64,000 bases of DNA. It comes from Azolla caroliniana. Taxonomy: Eukaryota; Plantae; Polypodiophyta. The stretch lies in the NCBI GenBank assembly GCA_043228905.1, contig JBHGNT010000002.1:19964001-20028000 (forward strand), read 5' to 3'. Position numbers and translations under genes: made by a program. Below the pieces are notes generated by a model. That model was given only the letters and a program-made list of their open reading frames with translations. It was not told the DNA's origin and did not search any database. Shown one piece after another: positions 25,376 to 37,741 of the stretch; position 1 is the stretch's first letter; each line of letters starts with the position of its first letter.

Positions 25376-27313
25376 AAAACGCTTGGTGGAGTGGGGGGCG
25401 CAATTAAGAAATTTTCTTGAAAGTAAACTGTCTCATGAAGAGAGTACCAACTGCTATCATATTTTTTATTCCAAATTACTGACATTGCAGCCTCTAATAT
25501 GTTGTGTTAGAATTTAAAAACCAGGGTTACTGTTGACAGATAAGAAATTAGGGTTTTTGAAATATCCTAAGAATCTTTGTGATTGTAGTTGGATTTATAA
25601 AGAAAATAAATGGGTGCCAACCTTTGGCCAATCACCATATTGTTTCAAATGATTTAAATTATTCCTCTTATCGAGCATACTTTCCAAGATTATAAATTAG
25701 GTCAAAGTTAAGTATGGGTAAAGATATTAATCATTGTCCTTGAACATTGATGTGGTCGGTTTCAAGAAGATCAAAGTTGTTAGCATGGTTGGTTACATCA
25801 AACAAACAACCGGTTAACGTGGTTAGTTATCAAGTTTTAAACTTCTTTCAGCAAAGGCATGAATACAAATCAATTTGACCTTGAAACTATTGTAAAGTGT
25901 CAAAAGTTCATTTATGAGTATCAATCAGTTTGATCATGGAGAATGTGTTAAGCATCCATTGCAAATCATGGGGTTTAGAATGTGTTTCCCTTGGGGATTA
26001 ATCATAATGATTTGTTTACAAATGCTTGTAGTGATTCCTTTTGTTGGTTTCAATGTAAGGGATGGATTGGTTCCCACATATATAGTGTGTGGAATAGTCA
26101 CATCTTTTGACACATGGTGCAACTATACACTCGTAAAGTATGGTCAATCTATCTCAAAATGCTGATTCCCCTGTCACATGAAAAAGACATTAGGAATTTC
26201 TCTAATCTCTTCATGTTTAGAATCATTATCTTAGAACCAAGCCTCGAACCAACTCAGAAATGGTTCGTTATCTTAGAAATCATCACCAACTATACAACCT
26301 AACAAAATAAGTGATTTCCATAGCAAAAAACTAACCATATGGATTATTATGCACAACTTAGAGTATAATATTTATCTTGCACAATTAATACCACGTCTGA
26401 ATAATGATTACTAAGATGTCCTACATAGAATGATGACTATCCATGTAAATGGGTTGTGGACCGTGCTAACGTGTTATACATATGCTTTGCATATAATATA
26501 TCTCATTCTCTACTTAACAAAGCTTTCCTATAATATATACTTCTTATGAGGAAACATGCCCCTCTCAAATTCCATGTTACCACTTTCATTCAATCAACAA
26601 TGTTATGGCTTCACTTGATGCCATGAAACTTATAAAAGTATGTTCTAATGTTGCAGATGGGTTTTCATGCCTAGGGTTTAGGTCCACATCCTTAGGATCA
26701 TCTACAAAAACTTTTTGTTGAGGTCCTCCCCCCCTAATGAAAACGTTGAGGGGTTTGATAGATTTGCTGCATGTCCCAATGAATCAAATTGAAGTTGAAG
26801 GGGGTAATCCCTTATCTCTAAATTGTTGTTGCCAAGGAGTTTTTCAAGGACCCTTCCTTGTTCTTGAAATACCTTGGCAAGTAGTGGGTATTATGTTGCA
26901 TATTCATTGATTTTCCCTTGGACTTGCAACATGATGCCAATCTTTATTAACAACAACATAAATACTAGGCTTATCTAATGGTTTTTCCCCTTTATCTTTA
27001 AGCATTAAACTTTGATTTTCGATATCCATAGAATCTTTAAGTGGGACCTCTTCATCACTTGCTCCAAATGATGTTCCTTCATCCATAACAACCACAATAT
27101 TAGACATACCAACATCTCTCCCCAACTCCTTCCTTACCATCCCCTTCATTAGGAACCTCCAAAGCCAAAGGCAAACAATGGTGTAAACATTCCACCATAA
27201 AGTGGCTCCATTCACCACATCCAAAGCAATTACCTAAAAATGTCTCCCACTTCAATTTAAAACAAAGTCTTTTCATACCAATTGTGTTCATATGCACCCA
27301 TCTCGACCACTAA

Positions 27314-27547
27314 TGACTTATATCCTATAACACACAAAATCTACACCTATTTATACATTTGCATATGGGGATGCTGTAAAAGTATATGTGTGCGGAAGCA
27401 TGTGCAATAGACACCGAGTACACAATCGATTGACTTATATCCTATAACACACAAAATCTGCACCTATTTATACATTTGCATATGGGGATGCTGTAAAAGT
27501 ATATGTGTGCGGAAGCGTGTGCAATAGACACCGAGTACACAATCGAT
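27314..27547. repeat. 117-bp tandem duplication spanning the left flank/LTR junction of the copia element
   Basis: tgacttatatcc...ggggatgc-tgtaaaagt...cacaatcgat occurs at 27314-27430 and 27431-27547. Confidence 0.9.
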
Positions 27548-30500
27548 TGTTTAGAACTTGACATTTAGGTAAACATAGAGAATGGATACATGGTGAGTGA
27601 GAGAGAGACAGAGAGAGCAGACAACAATACTTCAATTTCAAATAATGAACACTCTGTACATACACCGTGCTTAGTGAGCACTATTTATACAAGCCTTGAC
27701 GAGCGGGTTGACACAAGTTCCATCAGTACTTGAATGCTCATAAATGAGCTTGACACTAATTCTGCCTATAATATTCCAATTTACTAAAATATAGGCCTCC
27801 AACGGCCTGTTAGAATCCCTCTGATTCGGCTCTCGTCTTCTTTAACCGATTCGGGCCTAGTCAATTGATCTTCAACCGATTCGGCTATCGGCTTCTACAT
27901 CTCTGCGTCGGCTTCCACTGCCTTCTCATCCGCTTGGCATTTGTGCGATTCGGTTCATCCGAATCACCTTCCACAATCGAATCGATTGGTTTCGATACGT
28001 TCCAGCTCTTGTTCAAATCGACTCTCTCTTATTCGCCCTCCTTCAGGCCCTTGACCACATTTGCCCATGTCTTGGTCAGCTCTGTCCTTTTCAACTCTAT
28101 TGCCTTTCTCGGCTCTATCCTTTTCAACTCTACCGCCTTTCTCAACTCTACCTCCCCTTGGTTTGGTTGGCTCTGTCTTTGACCGCTCCCCCTACATGTG
28201 ACTAGTCTTTGCTCAGTTGGTCTTCTTCCACCTATCCATGCATCCTCGGCTTCTCTAGCCAATCCGGAGAGTCCGACTTCTTCATTCATGCCAAAATCAA
28301 ATTCTTCATCCGATTCGGCTTTTCGGATTTCATCTCTCTCCTTTTCGGCTTCGCTCCTCCCCCTCAAGTTCGGCATATCGAGGTGTTGTATGCCAAGCAT
28401 GCCCGAGGATTGTTGCAACTTCATTTGGGAACGGAAGTTGGTGATGCTTCCCTAACCAGAAGGCTTTGCAGACTTGGCCCTTTCGGCCACTGAATTTCGG
28501 CAAGCCGAAAACGATGTTTTTCGTCTGCATCTCCCGAAGCTGCGGAGAAGTTGACGTGACCAAACCACTTGTGCCACAAGTCGATGTCCGATTCGACTTT
28601 TTTCCCCTTGGTGAATATAGCGGTGCCTACGTCATTCCTTTCGAGGATAAACATCCTCCCTTCTCAGCTCCCTTGCGCGATGATTTGGCCTTCTTCCTCT
28701 ATGAAGCACCCGAGGTAAGTAAATCGAACTTGCATGCCCTAGTCGACAATCTGTCCAACTGACACCAAATTCTTGGTGATTGTCAACACATGCAAGACAT
28801 TTCTCATTATCCCTTTCTGGCCAACATGGCTCAAGGGGACATCTCTGATGTGTCCAATTGGGTGAGGGATGTCGTCGCCAGTTTTGACGACCCCCGACTG
28901 CTCCAGCTTCTCTAGAGTCGAGAACCACTCCTTGTGATTCGTCATATGGTTCGATGTGCCCGAATCCACATACACACCTCGTTTGACCTTGAGGTGTTCA
29001 CCGCCATTGAGTTGGCTTTGTGCTTCATTACGATGGTTGGGCCCATTTCAGCTCGCACTGAGCCTTCGATGTAGTGCGATCTCTTACCCCTATCCGCGCC
29101 TCCTCGGCTCAATCCAGCTTTGTCTGAATTGGAGCGGTTCTTCCAGCACTCACTCTCCTTGTGGCCTTTCTTGCCACAATACTAGCATTTTGAGTAGGCC
29201 TTTGCTTGCCAATTTTCGGCGCCGCCCTGACTCCCCCTACTTCCGGAGGGTTCAAAATTATTGTCGGCATTTCGATTATGCCTCAAGTTCTGCTCTTGTT
29301 GGCCGCCTCCATTGTGCGTCGACCTTCCTCGTTCACCATGACCTCGGGGCCGATCCGCCTCCGTGTACAACATCTTGTTGTCGATGTGTGTACTCGTCGA
29401 CACGCCTGGGTAGTTTCCTTCTTTGAGCAACATCGATTGTAGCTCGAAAAATGAAGGCACATTCTCCTCATGCAGACCGTAGTTTGGAATGCTTCGAACT
29501 TCAACGCCAACCCTCCTACCGCAAAACTGCACCCATCATCCTCCTTGATGTTCACGTTGACAGAGGCGAGGGAGTCGCAAATCTCCTTGATCTTGGAGGT
29601 GTAATCAGCCATCGATGTCTCTCTCTACCGGACATTGCTCAACTCATGTTTGAGTTGAAGCTTTCTGGCTGTGGTGCTTGTGGCGAAAATCTTCTTCAGA
29701 TTTCCCCAAGCATCCTTTGGCGTCCTAGCATCTTGAATGTAGTTCAAAAGCTGGTCGTTCACACAGGATACAAAGCAGTACAGAACTCTACTTGCCACCC
29801 AATCCCAGGTCGGGAAATCGTTGTGTGTCGATTCAAGTGCTACATCATTAACTCCTTCAATATAACTCCAGTAATCATGCCTGAACAAGTATTGGTGCAT
29901 CTTGTACGACCAAGATGCATAGTTGCTCCTATCGAGCTTTTCGGTCAGAAGCGAGCTTCCCATTCCTCTGTCCATGTTCCTGTCTTTTCTTTTTTGAAAA
30001 ATGAGAAACTTGTCTCTATCTTGTTCCCTTGCTTTTCTATCGGCTGCAGAGGAGTCTCAACCGTCGCGCTCTAATACCATGTAAAAGTTTATGTGTGCGG
30101 AAGCGTGTGCAATAGACACCGAGTACACAGTCGATTGTTCGGAACTTGACAATTAGGTAAACACATAGAATTGATACACAATGAGTGAGAGAGAGACAGA
30201 GAGAGCAGACAACAATACTTCAATTTCAAATAATGAACACTCTATAATTTCAAATAATTTCAAATACATCGTGCTCAGTGAGCACTATTTATAGAAGCCC
30301 CGACAAGCGGGCTAACACAAGTACCATCAATACTTGAACACTCATAAATGAGCCTGACACTAATTCTGCCTATAATATTCCTATTTACTAAAAGAGGAAT
30401 ATAGGTCTCCAATGGCCTATTGAAATCCCTCTAACTCGGCTCACCCAAATCGAACTCCCTTCGATCCGGCTCTCGGATTCTTTAGCTGATTCGGCCCATG

Positions 30501-30818
30501 TTGAGCTTGTCTCTTAGCAAATGCCAACAATACTTCAATTTCAAATAATGAACACTTTGTACATACACCGTGCTCAGTGAGCACTATTTATAGAAGCCCC
30601 GACGAGCGGGCTGACACAAGTACCATCAATACTTGAACGCTCATAAATGAGCCTGACACTAATTCTACCTATAATATTCCTATTTACTAAAAGAGGAATA
30701 TAGGCCTCCAACGGCCTATCCAAATCCCTCTAACTCGGCTCACCCAAATCGAACTCTCTTCGATCCGGCTCTCGGCTTCTTTAGCCAATTCGGCCCATGT
30801 TGAGCTTGTCTCTTAGCA
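27492..30818 (-). mobile_element. Internally deleted Ty1/copia LTR retrotransposon (gag, protease and pre-integrase region retained; RT absent)
   Basis: LTRs begin tgtaaaagt at 27492 and 30080. tRNA-iMet-type PBS tggtattagagc (30068-30079, minus). Gag KLDRSNYASWSYKM, protease YVDSGTSNHMT, LWHKWFGHVN. TSD gatgc/aatgc. Confidence 0.88.
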
Positions 30819-30823
30819 AATGC
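30210..30823. repeat. About 300-bp tandem duplication of the right LTR end including the TSD
   Basis: acaatacttcaatttc...tgagcttgtctcttagca-aatgc ends at 30524 and again at 30823. Confidence 0.88.
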
Positions 30824-31772
30824 TAACACTTTACCCTTTTGACTCATCAAATCTAGTAAACGGGGCCATAAAAACACATGCTTACAATCTGCTATCACTC
30901 AAATGATGCATTTTTGTTTGAATAGAGCATATAATAGTCAACTACAAGGGACCATGCCATTACATACACTAACTGTTTATCAAAGAACTTTATCGAACAA
31001 TGTACTGAATCTATGTTCAAGGGAATGAATATACAACATCATAAAACCCTTTGGGCCTACATATATATTCTCAATACAATTCGGTGACATGATTGTGTTC
31101 AACCATTGTTTAATCCAATTTATGAATTGGAGTTTCCGAGTTAAAAAAATATATAACCACGCAATCATAGAATACATTAAAAGGTTGCAAAACCACCTTA
31201 GCATTAACTTCCACATAATGCACATCCTTGCTGATGCTTTCTTTTACTTCGTTTTCATTTTAATGCACAATATCAGACAACAAGGTATTGGCAATTCCCC
31301 ATAAATTGTCTCAAATTTCAATTATGATTATCCTTGTGAACCTCGTGAGCATTTATTCCCTCAACAGATGTCAATTTCTTTCTTCTCACTGATTTCCTCG
31401 ATACCTTTAAGCCTCTTAGAGCTCCTATATGCTTCCCTTGCTCGATTACATTCTAACATAATATTGCTCTTTATTGGAGCAATTGTTCCCTAATCAATGT
31501 CCCCAACAATTTGTAAGGTAGCCATGTTAATGAACGAGGATAAAAAACACATATATTTCCATGAAGAAAGAGAGAAAGCCAGAACTCACCGGATTCAATT
31601 GAAGAGAACGAAGATGAAGAAGATGCCGACACGACAACACACATGTTAAGTATGTATACATATGTAGTTGTGAGTTCTCGGTTTCTGGTGTCTATTTGTC
31701 GGGGTGCTCGCGGCGAGGCCACCAATTTTAACTCAAAACTTGCTATATGTATGTATGTATATGTATACATAC

Positions 31773-31805
<33 letters not shown>

Positions 31806-32049
31806 TGTATGTATGTATGTATACATATATCGTTAGGAAGCTCTAATCAAAAGGGAGTGAGGCTTTCCAACAGCAAAGAGCACACCACCAAAACCACAAA
31901 CCTCTCTTCTTCTTCTTCTTCTTCTTCTTCTTCTTCTCTCTCTCTCTCTTTCTCCTGTTTTTGTGGGCCTTCCTTCCTTCCTTCCTGCCTTTCTGCCTAT
32001 CAGAACGACGACGACGTGAGATTCTTCTGCAGAGCCAGCTGCTCCCCCC

Positions 32050-32157
32050 ATGGCTGCTGCTGCCGCCGCCGCCAATGGAACCACTGCTTCTTCCCTCTCC
32101 CTGCTTCCTTTCCTTTCCAAATTCCTCCCTCAGGTGTGTCAATCTCTTCCACCTGCC

Positions 32158-32188
<31 letters not shown>

Positions 32189-35100
32189 ACTGCTTCGTGG
32201 TTGCACAGATATTAATTCGCACGGACTTCCACTCCTTATCCGTTTTCTGCGTCTTCTTCTTGCAGGATCGTTTGAAAGAATGGAAGGATCTTGATCTTCC
32301 TGTGTCGTTTCCACAGAACGGAGCTGATGAAGCTTTTCTGGACGAGGTATTTTCAGTTTTCTGGACAGACGAGATGTTGTTTGAAATAAATGCTCTGTGC
32401 ATCGCAAATTTGGTTTGTGGAAGAGCTAGAGAAAAAACTTCATGGATTGTAATGGGAAGATTGTTGGCGTTTCTGTTTTCTTAAGAGTTCTTTTGGATGA
32501 TTTTCTCTTGCAGAGATAGGGTAAATATTTTGTCTGCGCATAGGAAAGGTTCTTCTTTTGGATGTGGTTACACAGAAGGCTGTTTGTTTTAGAATTTCTA
32601 GAAATGGATTCAATACGAGGATAAGGAAGGATGTTTTTGTTCTAGACTTCTTTTGCCACGATTTAACTTTAGTGATAATCGCTAAAGATGTTTATCTTAG
32701 ACTAATCTGGTAGAGATAATCAACTTCTCGATAGCAGAGGTTTCTTTTCGAAGTGAATTGAAGTGTGGATGACAAAGATTGGTAGTTTCTGCATTATGAA
32801 CTGAAACTATCACACTCTGGATGAGACCATAAAAGCCTGTCTATTTTTTGCACTTTAAACATGATTCCAATGTTTATCTGTTTGTGTTACATTGTGAATA
32901 TAAAAGCCTGCTTTTTTTTGCATTATGAATCAAAATCGTAGCTCGTTATGTATTTATTTTAATGATTGAAGTGTGGATCATGAATGCTGTGCTGTATAAA
33001 CTTCTTTCAACATGATTGCAGTGTAGATCCCAAAGGCTGTTTGTCTTTGCATTGTGAATCAGAATGGTAGTTCGTTATGGAATTGTTTTAATGATTGAAG
33101 TATGGATCATGAATGCTGTTTTGTGTAAACTCCGTTCAACATGATTGCAGTGTAGATCACAAAGGCTGTTTGTTTTTGCATTGTTAGTTGAATGGTCACA
33201 GTGTGGATTCAGAAAGGATGTGTGCTATTGCATCACAAAAAAGCTGGTTGTTCCAGCCTTATTTTGACATAATTGCAGTGCAGATAATAAAAAGGAGGAA
33301 GTTTTTCTCCACATTGTAAACGATAATAAAACAGCTGGCTGTTTCTAGTTTGACATGATTGCAGTAGATAGTCAAAAAGAGGACGTTTGTCTCCACGTTG
33401 CAAACCAGAAAGGCTGTTCGGTTTAGACTTGTTTTGACATCGTTGCAGTGTGAATAAGAGAACGTTTTTATATTGTGATTCATAAAGGTTTTCTGGTTTT
33501 CCTTCAGGCAAAGCATTGGCTTGAATTTGCCAGTGGATTCCAGGACGGAGATGGGTGGTCAAGAAAGCTAAAAGCATTGGATGACCATTTGGTCAAACAA
33601 TCAGTTATATTGGGCCATGGCATGACTATCTCACCAGTGGATGTAACTGTCTTTGTGGCTGTGAGAGATACTGTGGTAAAGTCTGAAGAGCGAATGAAAC
33701 AAAAGAAGTAGGAAGAAGAATACTCTCTTTCCCTCACACCTGAAAAACGTTCATGTTTCTGTAGGTACATCATGTCATTACCATGCCCAAAGTTGCATAT
33801 CAAAATGTATTGCGTTGGTTTGACTATGTGCAGGTAACAATTTGCAAGGAAATCTGAATAGGAGCAGAAATGGATTGTTTTATTTGCTAGTACATTAATA
33901 CAGTCAGCATCTTCTGACTTCTTATCTGTTGTTCGTAGAATGAAGAGAAAGTTGCTGTCTTCTGTAATAACATTCCCATTGCAAAAGGGGGATTTGAGCC
34001 TCAGGTAATCTCACCCCACATCTGTTTAGAGTGCTGTTTGAGGAGTGTAATCTTAGCATACAACATTTTCATTGCTCTTAACCATTCAGGAATTTTCAGA
34101 TTTGAGTGACATTTGAGAAGATTAATCTTAATATACCACATTCTTCTCTTATAATCATTCAGGAATTCTCAGATTAGAGTGATGTTTGAGAAGATCAATC
34201 TTAATATACTACAGTTATTGCTTAATAATCATCGTAGATTTTCTGATTGGAGTGATGTTTGAAAAGCTCGATATTAACATGCTGAATTTGTTGCTTAAAG
34301 TCATCCAGGATTTTCAGTTTAGAGTGTTTAAAAAGTTCGATCTTAGCATACAACATTTTGGTTGCTTCTAGACTTCGAGAAGTTTTCAGATTAGGGTAAT
34401 CTTTGAGAAACTTAATCTCAATATACAGCAGCTAATCCTTAAATCATCCAGGACTTTTCAGATGCCATCATAAAGAAACCACTAAAAGCAGAAGCCGCAG
34501 CTGGAGTTGAACCAAATAAAGGAAATGCAAAAGATGCAGCAAAGTCTACAGAGAAAGACATTGACAATGTTAGTTGTCTTTAGTACTATATTTATTGTGA
34601 AGATAGACAATTAAATTTTTTATCTGTGTGCATGATATAGGGTGATAAAGCAAATGATAATAAAGGGAAGAAAGCTACACAAAAGAAAGAAGAGAGCCAA
34701 GAACAAAAACGGAATGAAGATATGGAATCCATGAAGGAGGAAGAGAAAAAGGATAAAGAACACGATAAGTCTGCAAAGAAGGACGAGAAAAAAGATAATG
34801 AAGTCAACACTTCTGCAAAGAAGAAAGAGAAAAAAGAGAAGGAAGATAACTCTTCTTCCAAGAAAGGAGAGGGGAAAAAAGATGAGAATAAAGGAAAAGA
34901 AGAGACACAGGTCAATGTGAGTGTATTGGACATTCGAATTGGACAGGTGATCAAAGTATGGAAACACCCTAGTGCCGACTCGTGAGTATATTATTGTTAG
35001 TTTTCAAACTCAGGAATTTATGAGGGGAGCACTCCTCATCACCTTTACAATTATGAATGACAGTTTATTTGTGGAGGAGATTGACCTCGGAGACGTTGGA

Positions 35101-36613
35101 GTCCGTCAGGTTGTGAGTGGACTTGCAAAATATATGAAGGAAGAAGATATGATGGTATATATAAATTTTATATATCATTCATCAAATGCTTGATTTGTGA
35201 TTAATGGATGTTCTCTGCTCATATTCCAATGAAATTTCAGAACAGGAAAGTTGTGTTGATAGCAAATGTGAAGCCTGGGAAACTAAGAGATGTTGTTTCT
35301 GCTGGTTTGGTAAATTCCTTAGTCCAATTGCTATGTGGGATCCCTTTTGTAAGAGTCTGGATTGTTTCATTTGAATTTAAGTTGGACAGTTGTTTGTTTA
35401 GGTACTTTGTGCATCAAATGCAGATCACACTTTGGTTGAACCACTCTTACCACCTCCTGCAGCTGTAGTAGGAGAGAGAGTAATGTTTTCTGGGTGAGTT
35501 AATGGTAGCCTTATATTTTGTTGAATATGTGATATACCTGAGGAAATTTTTATCAATTCTTTGATCACTCTTTATTCTTGTGCCATGTATCCATATAGGT
35601 ATGATGGGAAGCCAGAAGAAGTGCTTAACCCTAAGAAAAAGCAGCTTGAAAAGATTTTCCCTGTGAGTATACCATAATTGTAAAGTTCCTAAAATGCTTA
35701 GGTGTGTCTGTAGCCTGTAGGTATATCAATGAGCTTTATGAGGGAATCTTGCTTTAACTTCAATTGCAACTATTTGTTTTTTGTCAATGAGCTTAGCAAG
35801 GAAACTATTGTTGTAAAATTTTTATGTGCTATACTGTTTTTTATCTCCATTTTATTTTGGGAAGTAATTTATTGGGAGGGACAAAATAAGGGACACTAAG
35901 TTTGTAGGATAATCTGAAGCAGTTTCAAAGACTTATGGATTAGGACCAAGTGCACAAAGACCTTTGCTTGTGAGCAAAGTTAGTGATTTACAGGAGAACC
36001 ATAGAAGCTATACCAAAATAGGGTAATCACTGATGTGGACTTATGTTTAACAATTGGCAACAGTTCGGTTCGGTTCGGTTCGAGAGGGTCAAAACCTAAC
36101 CGTTTAAAAATTTTGAAACCTGAACCGAACCATGAAACTGTTAAACCGAACCGTTAAACATTTTTCAAACTGTTCAACCATTAAACCCTTAAAACTGCGG
36201 CTTTGTGGTTTGGTTTCGATTTTTAACTTAGGTCAAATTTAAATTTTTTTAAATTATAATATTTCATTTATAAAATTTTTAAAATTTTTATATATGTTCC
36301 TAAAATGTGAGAATAAGGTCTAAAAATGAAAAGATTGTTTAAAAACAAAATTTTAAAAATTTTTAAATAATAAATAATAAATAAAAAACCGGTAAACCGT
36401 TTAAACTGTGGTTTTTATGACCTGTTTGTTTCATGCTATTCTATATTATCAACATTCTATTTGCATTTAAAAGCACTAAACTTCTGTACCTTTTGGTATG
36501 ATTCATAGGATCTCTTGACGGATGATAACGGTGTTGCCACTTACCAAGGGATTCCTTTTATGACATCTGCTGGGCCATGCACATCATCGATCTCTAAAGC
36601 GCCAATCAAATAA
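32050..36613 (+). CDS. ARC1/AIMP1-like aminoacyl-tRNA synthetase cofactor (GST-like N-domain, Lys/Glu linker, EMAP-II/Trbp111 OB-fold tRNA-binding domain; At2g40660-like)
   Basis: Exons 32050-32133, 32266-32346, 33508-33675, 33765-33833, 33939-34004, 34452-34568, 34641-34981, 35064-35154, 35241-35309, 35402-35493, 35599-35662, 36509-36613 with consistent phases. Motifs [79 protein letters not shown]. Confidence 0.93.
34025..34462 (+). repeat. Six degenerate ~72-bp tandem units filling intron 5 of the ARC1-like gene
   Basis: Each unit approximates tt(a/g)gagtga..tttgagaag...aatctta..ata..aca.....tcatYcagga.tttTcaga. Confidence 0.8.
36048..36415. mobile_element. Truncated hAT MITE (aaaccg-rich family) in the last intron of the ARC1-like gene
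   Basis: TIR taacaattggcaac at 36048; the body is the reverse complement of the 45780-46263 copy; the other end is missing. Confidence 0.8.
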
Positions 36614-37741
36614 ATGAAATCACCATGGTTGTTGGGAACACATGTTATCTCAATCATTCATTATCTTCCAGCTTTAGAGTTCAATTTATTGTATCCATTA
36701 TATGGTGGTTATCTATATGTGTGCATCTTGGTTAAGGTCTTCAAATGGAACATTTTGAGGTTTACATACTTTAGCGGTATCTTTTGGCTGTTGATTTTGA
36801 TTGATTGTATGCAATTTTGTTGTTACCTGTTCGCATGTGATAAGAAGAGAAATTTGTAATGTGAAGAGAATATTCCCTTCACTTATTTGTTCAGTAAGAA
36901 GCTTCTATAGGTGAGACGTACAATTTTCAAATCCAGTGAAAGGTGAAGGCAATAACTCAGTTATAGCTGTTTTCATTTCAGTATCACCTCATTTGGGTTC
37001 GACCAGATGCTATATTAACATATTTGTGTCTGAAATGATTTTGCCTACAACATAGCATACTGTTTATGAAACAATTTGATGATTTTGCCTACAACAGTTT
37101 GAAATATCTGAGAGCTAATTGTTCCCTCAAGCAGCAAGATGGGAAAGTACAGAGTATACATTTTCTATATCATATCTTCTGATATATTCCATATTTTTTA
37201 TGTACTCCATGTGATCATTTTTCTTAGCACTTGTTTGGCAGGAGATATCAGTTCCTCATTAACACATATGTTGATGATAGCATCTCATATCTTTTGATGT
37301 AACACATACTGATAATTTTTCTTAGCGTTTTCTTTGATTGGAAGTGGGGTTTATGCCATGCTTGTATGAATTAAAGTTAAATATTTTGCCATTAAAAAGA
37401 TTTTATCCAGAAGTGTAGAAACTTGTAAGATTAACGAGATACAAACACAAGCTCCCTAAGTTTTTATCCACAAGTGTAGTAACTTGTAAGAATTACCTTT
37501 AATGAGATACAAACACAAGCTCCCAACATTTAACCCAAAATGCGATGTAATGGGCCTAATGGGTAGTTTTCCAAATGTTGCATGATTCCGTTTAACAAGT
37601 GAAGAAAGCATATGGGGAACTAGAAGGCCAACTGTTGTGAACAGATCTTGCATTATGCAAAACTGATGAAAAAATAACTCAATGGCCAACGGACGTGCAA
37701 AAATTCCATTTCATAATGCCATGGTGTTCATTTTCTCTTTT

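Larger units (their letters stand above)
25600..31500 (-). mobile_element. Highly decayed L1 LINE (ORF1 and ORF2 endonuclease start), interrupted by a copia element
   Basis: Minus strand has the ORF1 zinc knuckle CFGCGEWSHFMVEC (about 27190-27230) and the endonuclease start MKVVTWNLRG at about 26589. Boundaries are approximate. Confidence 0.65.
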
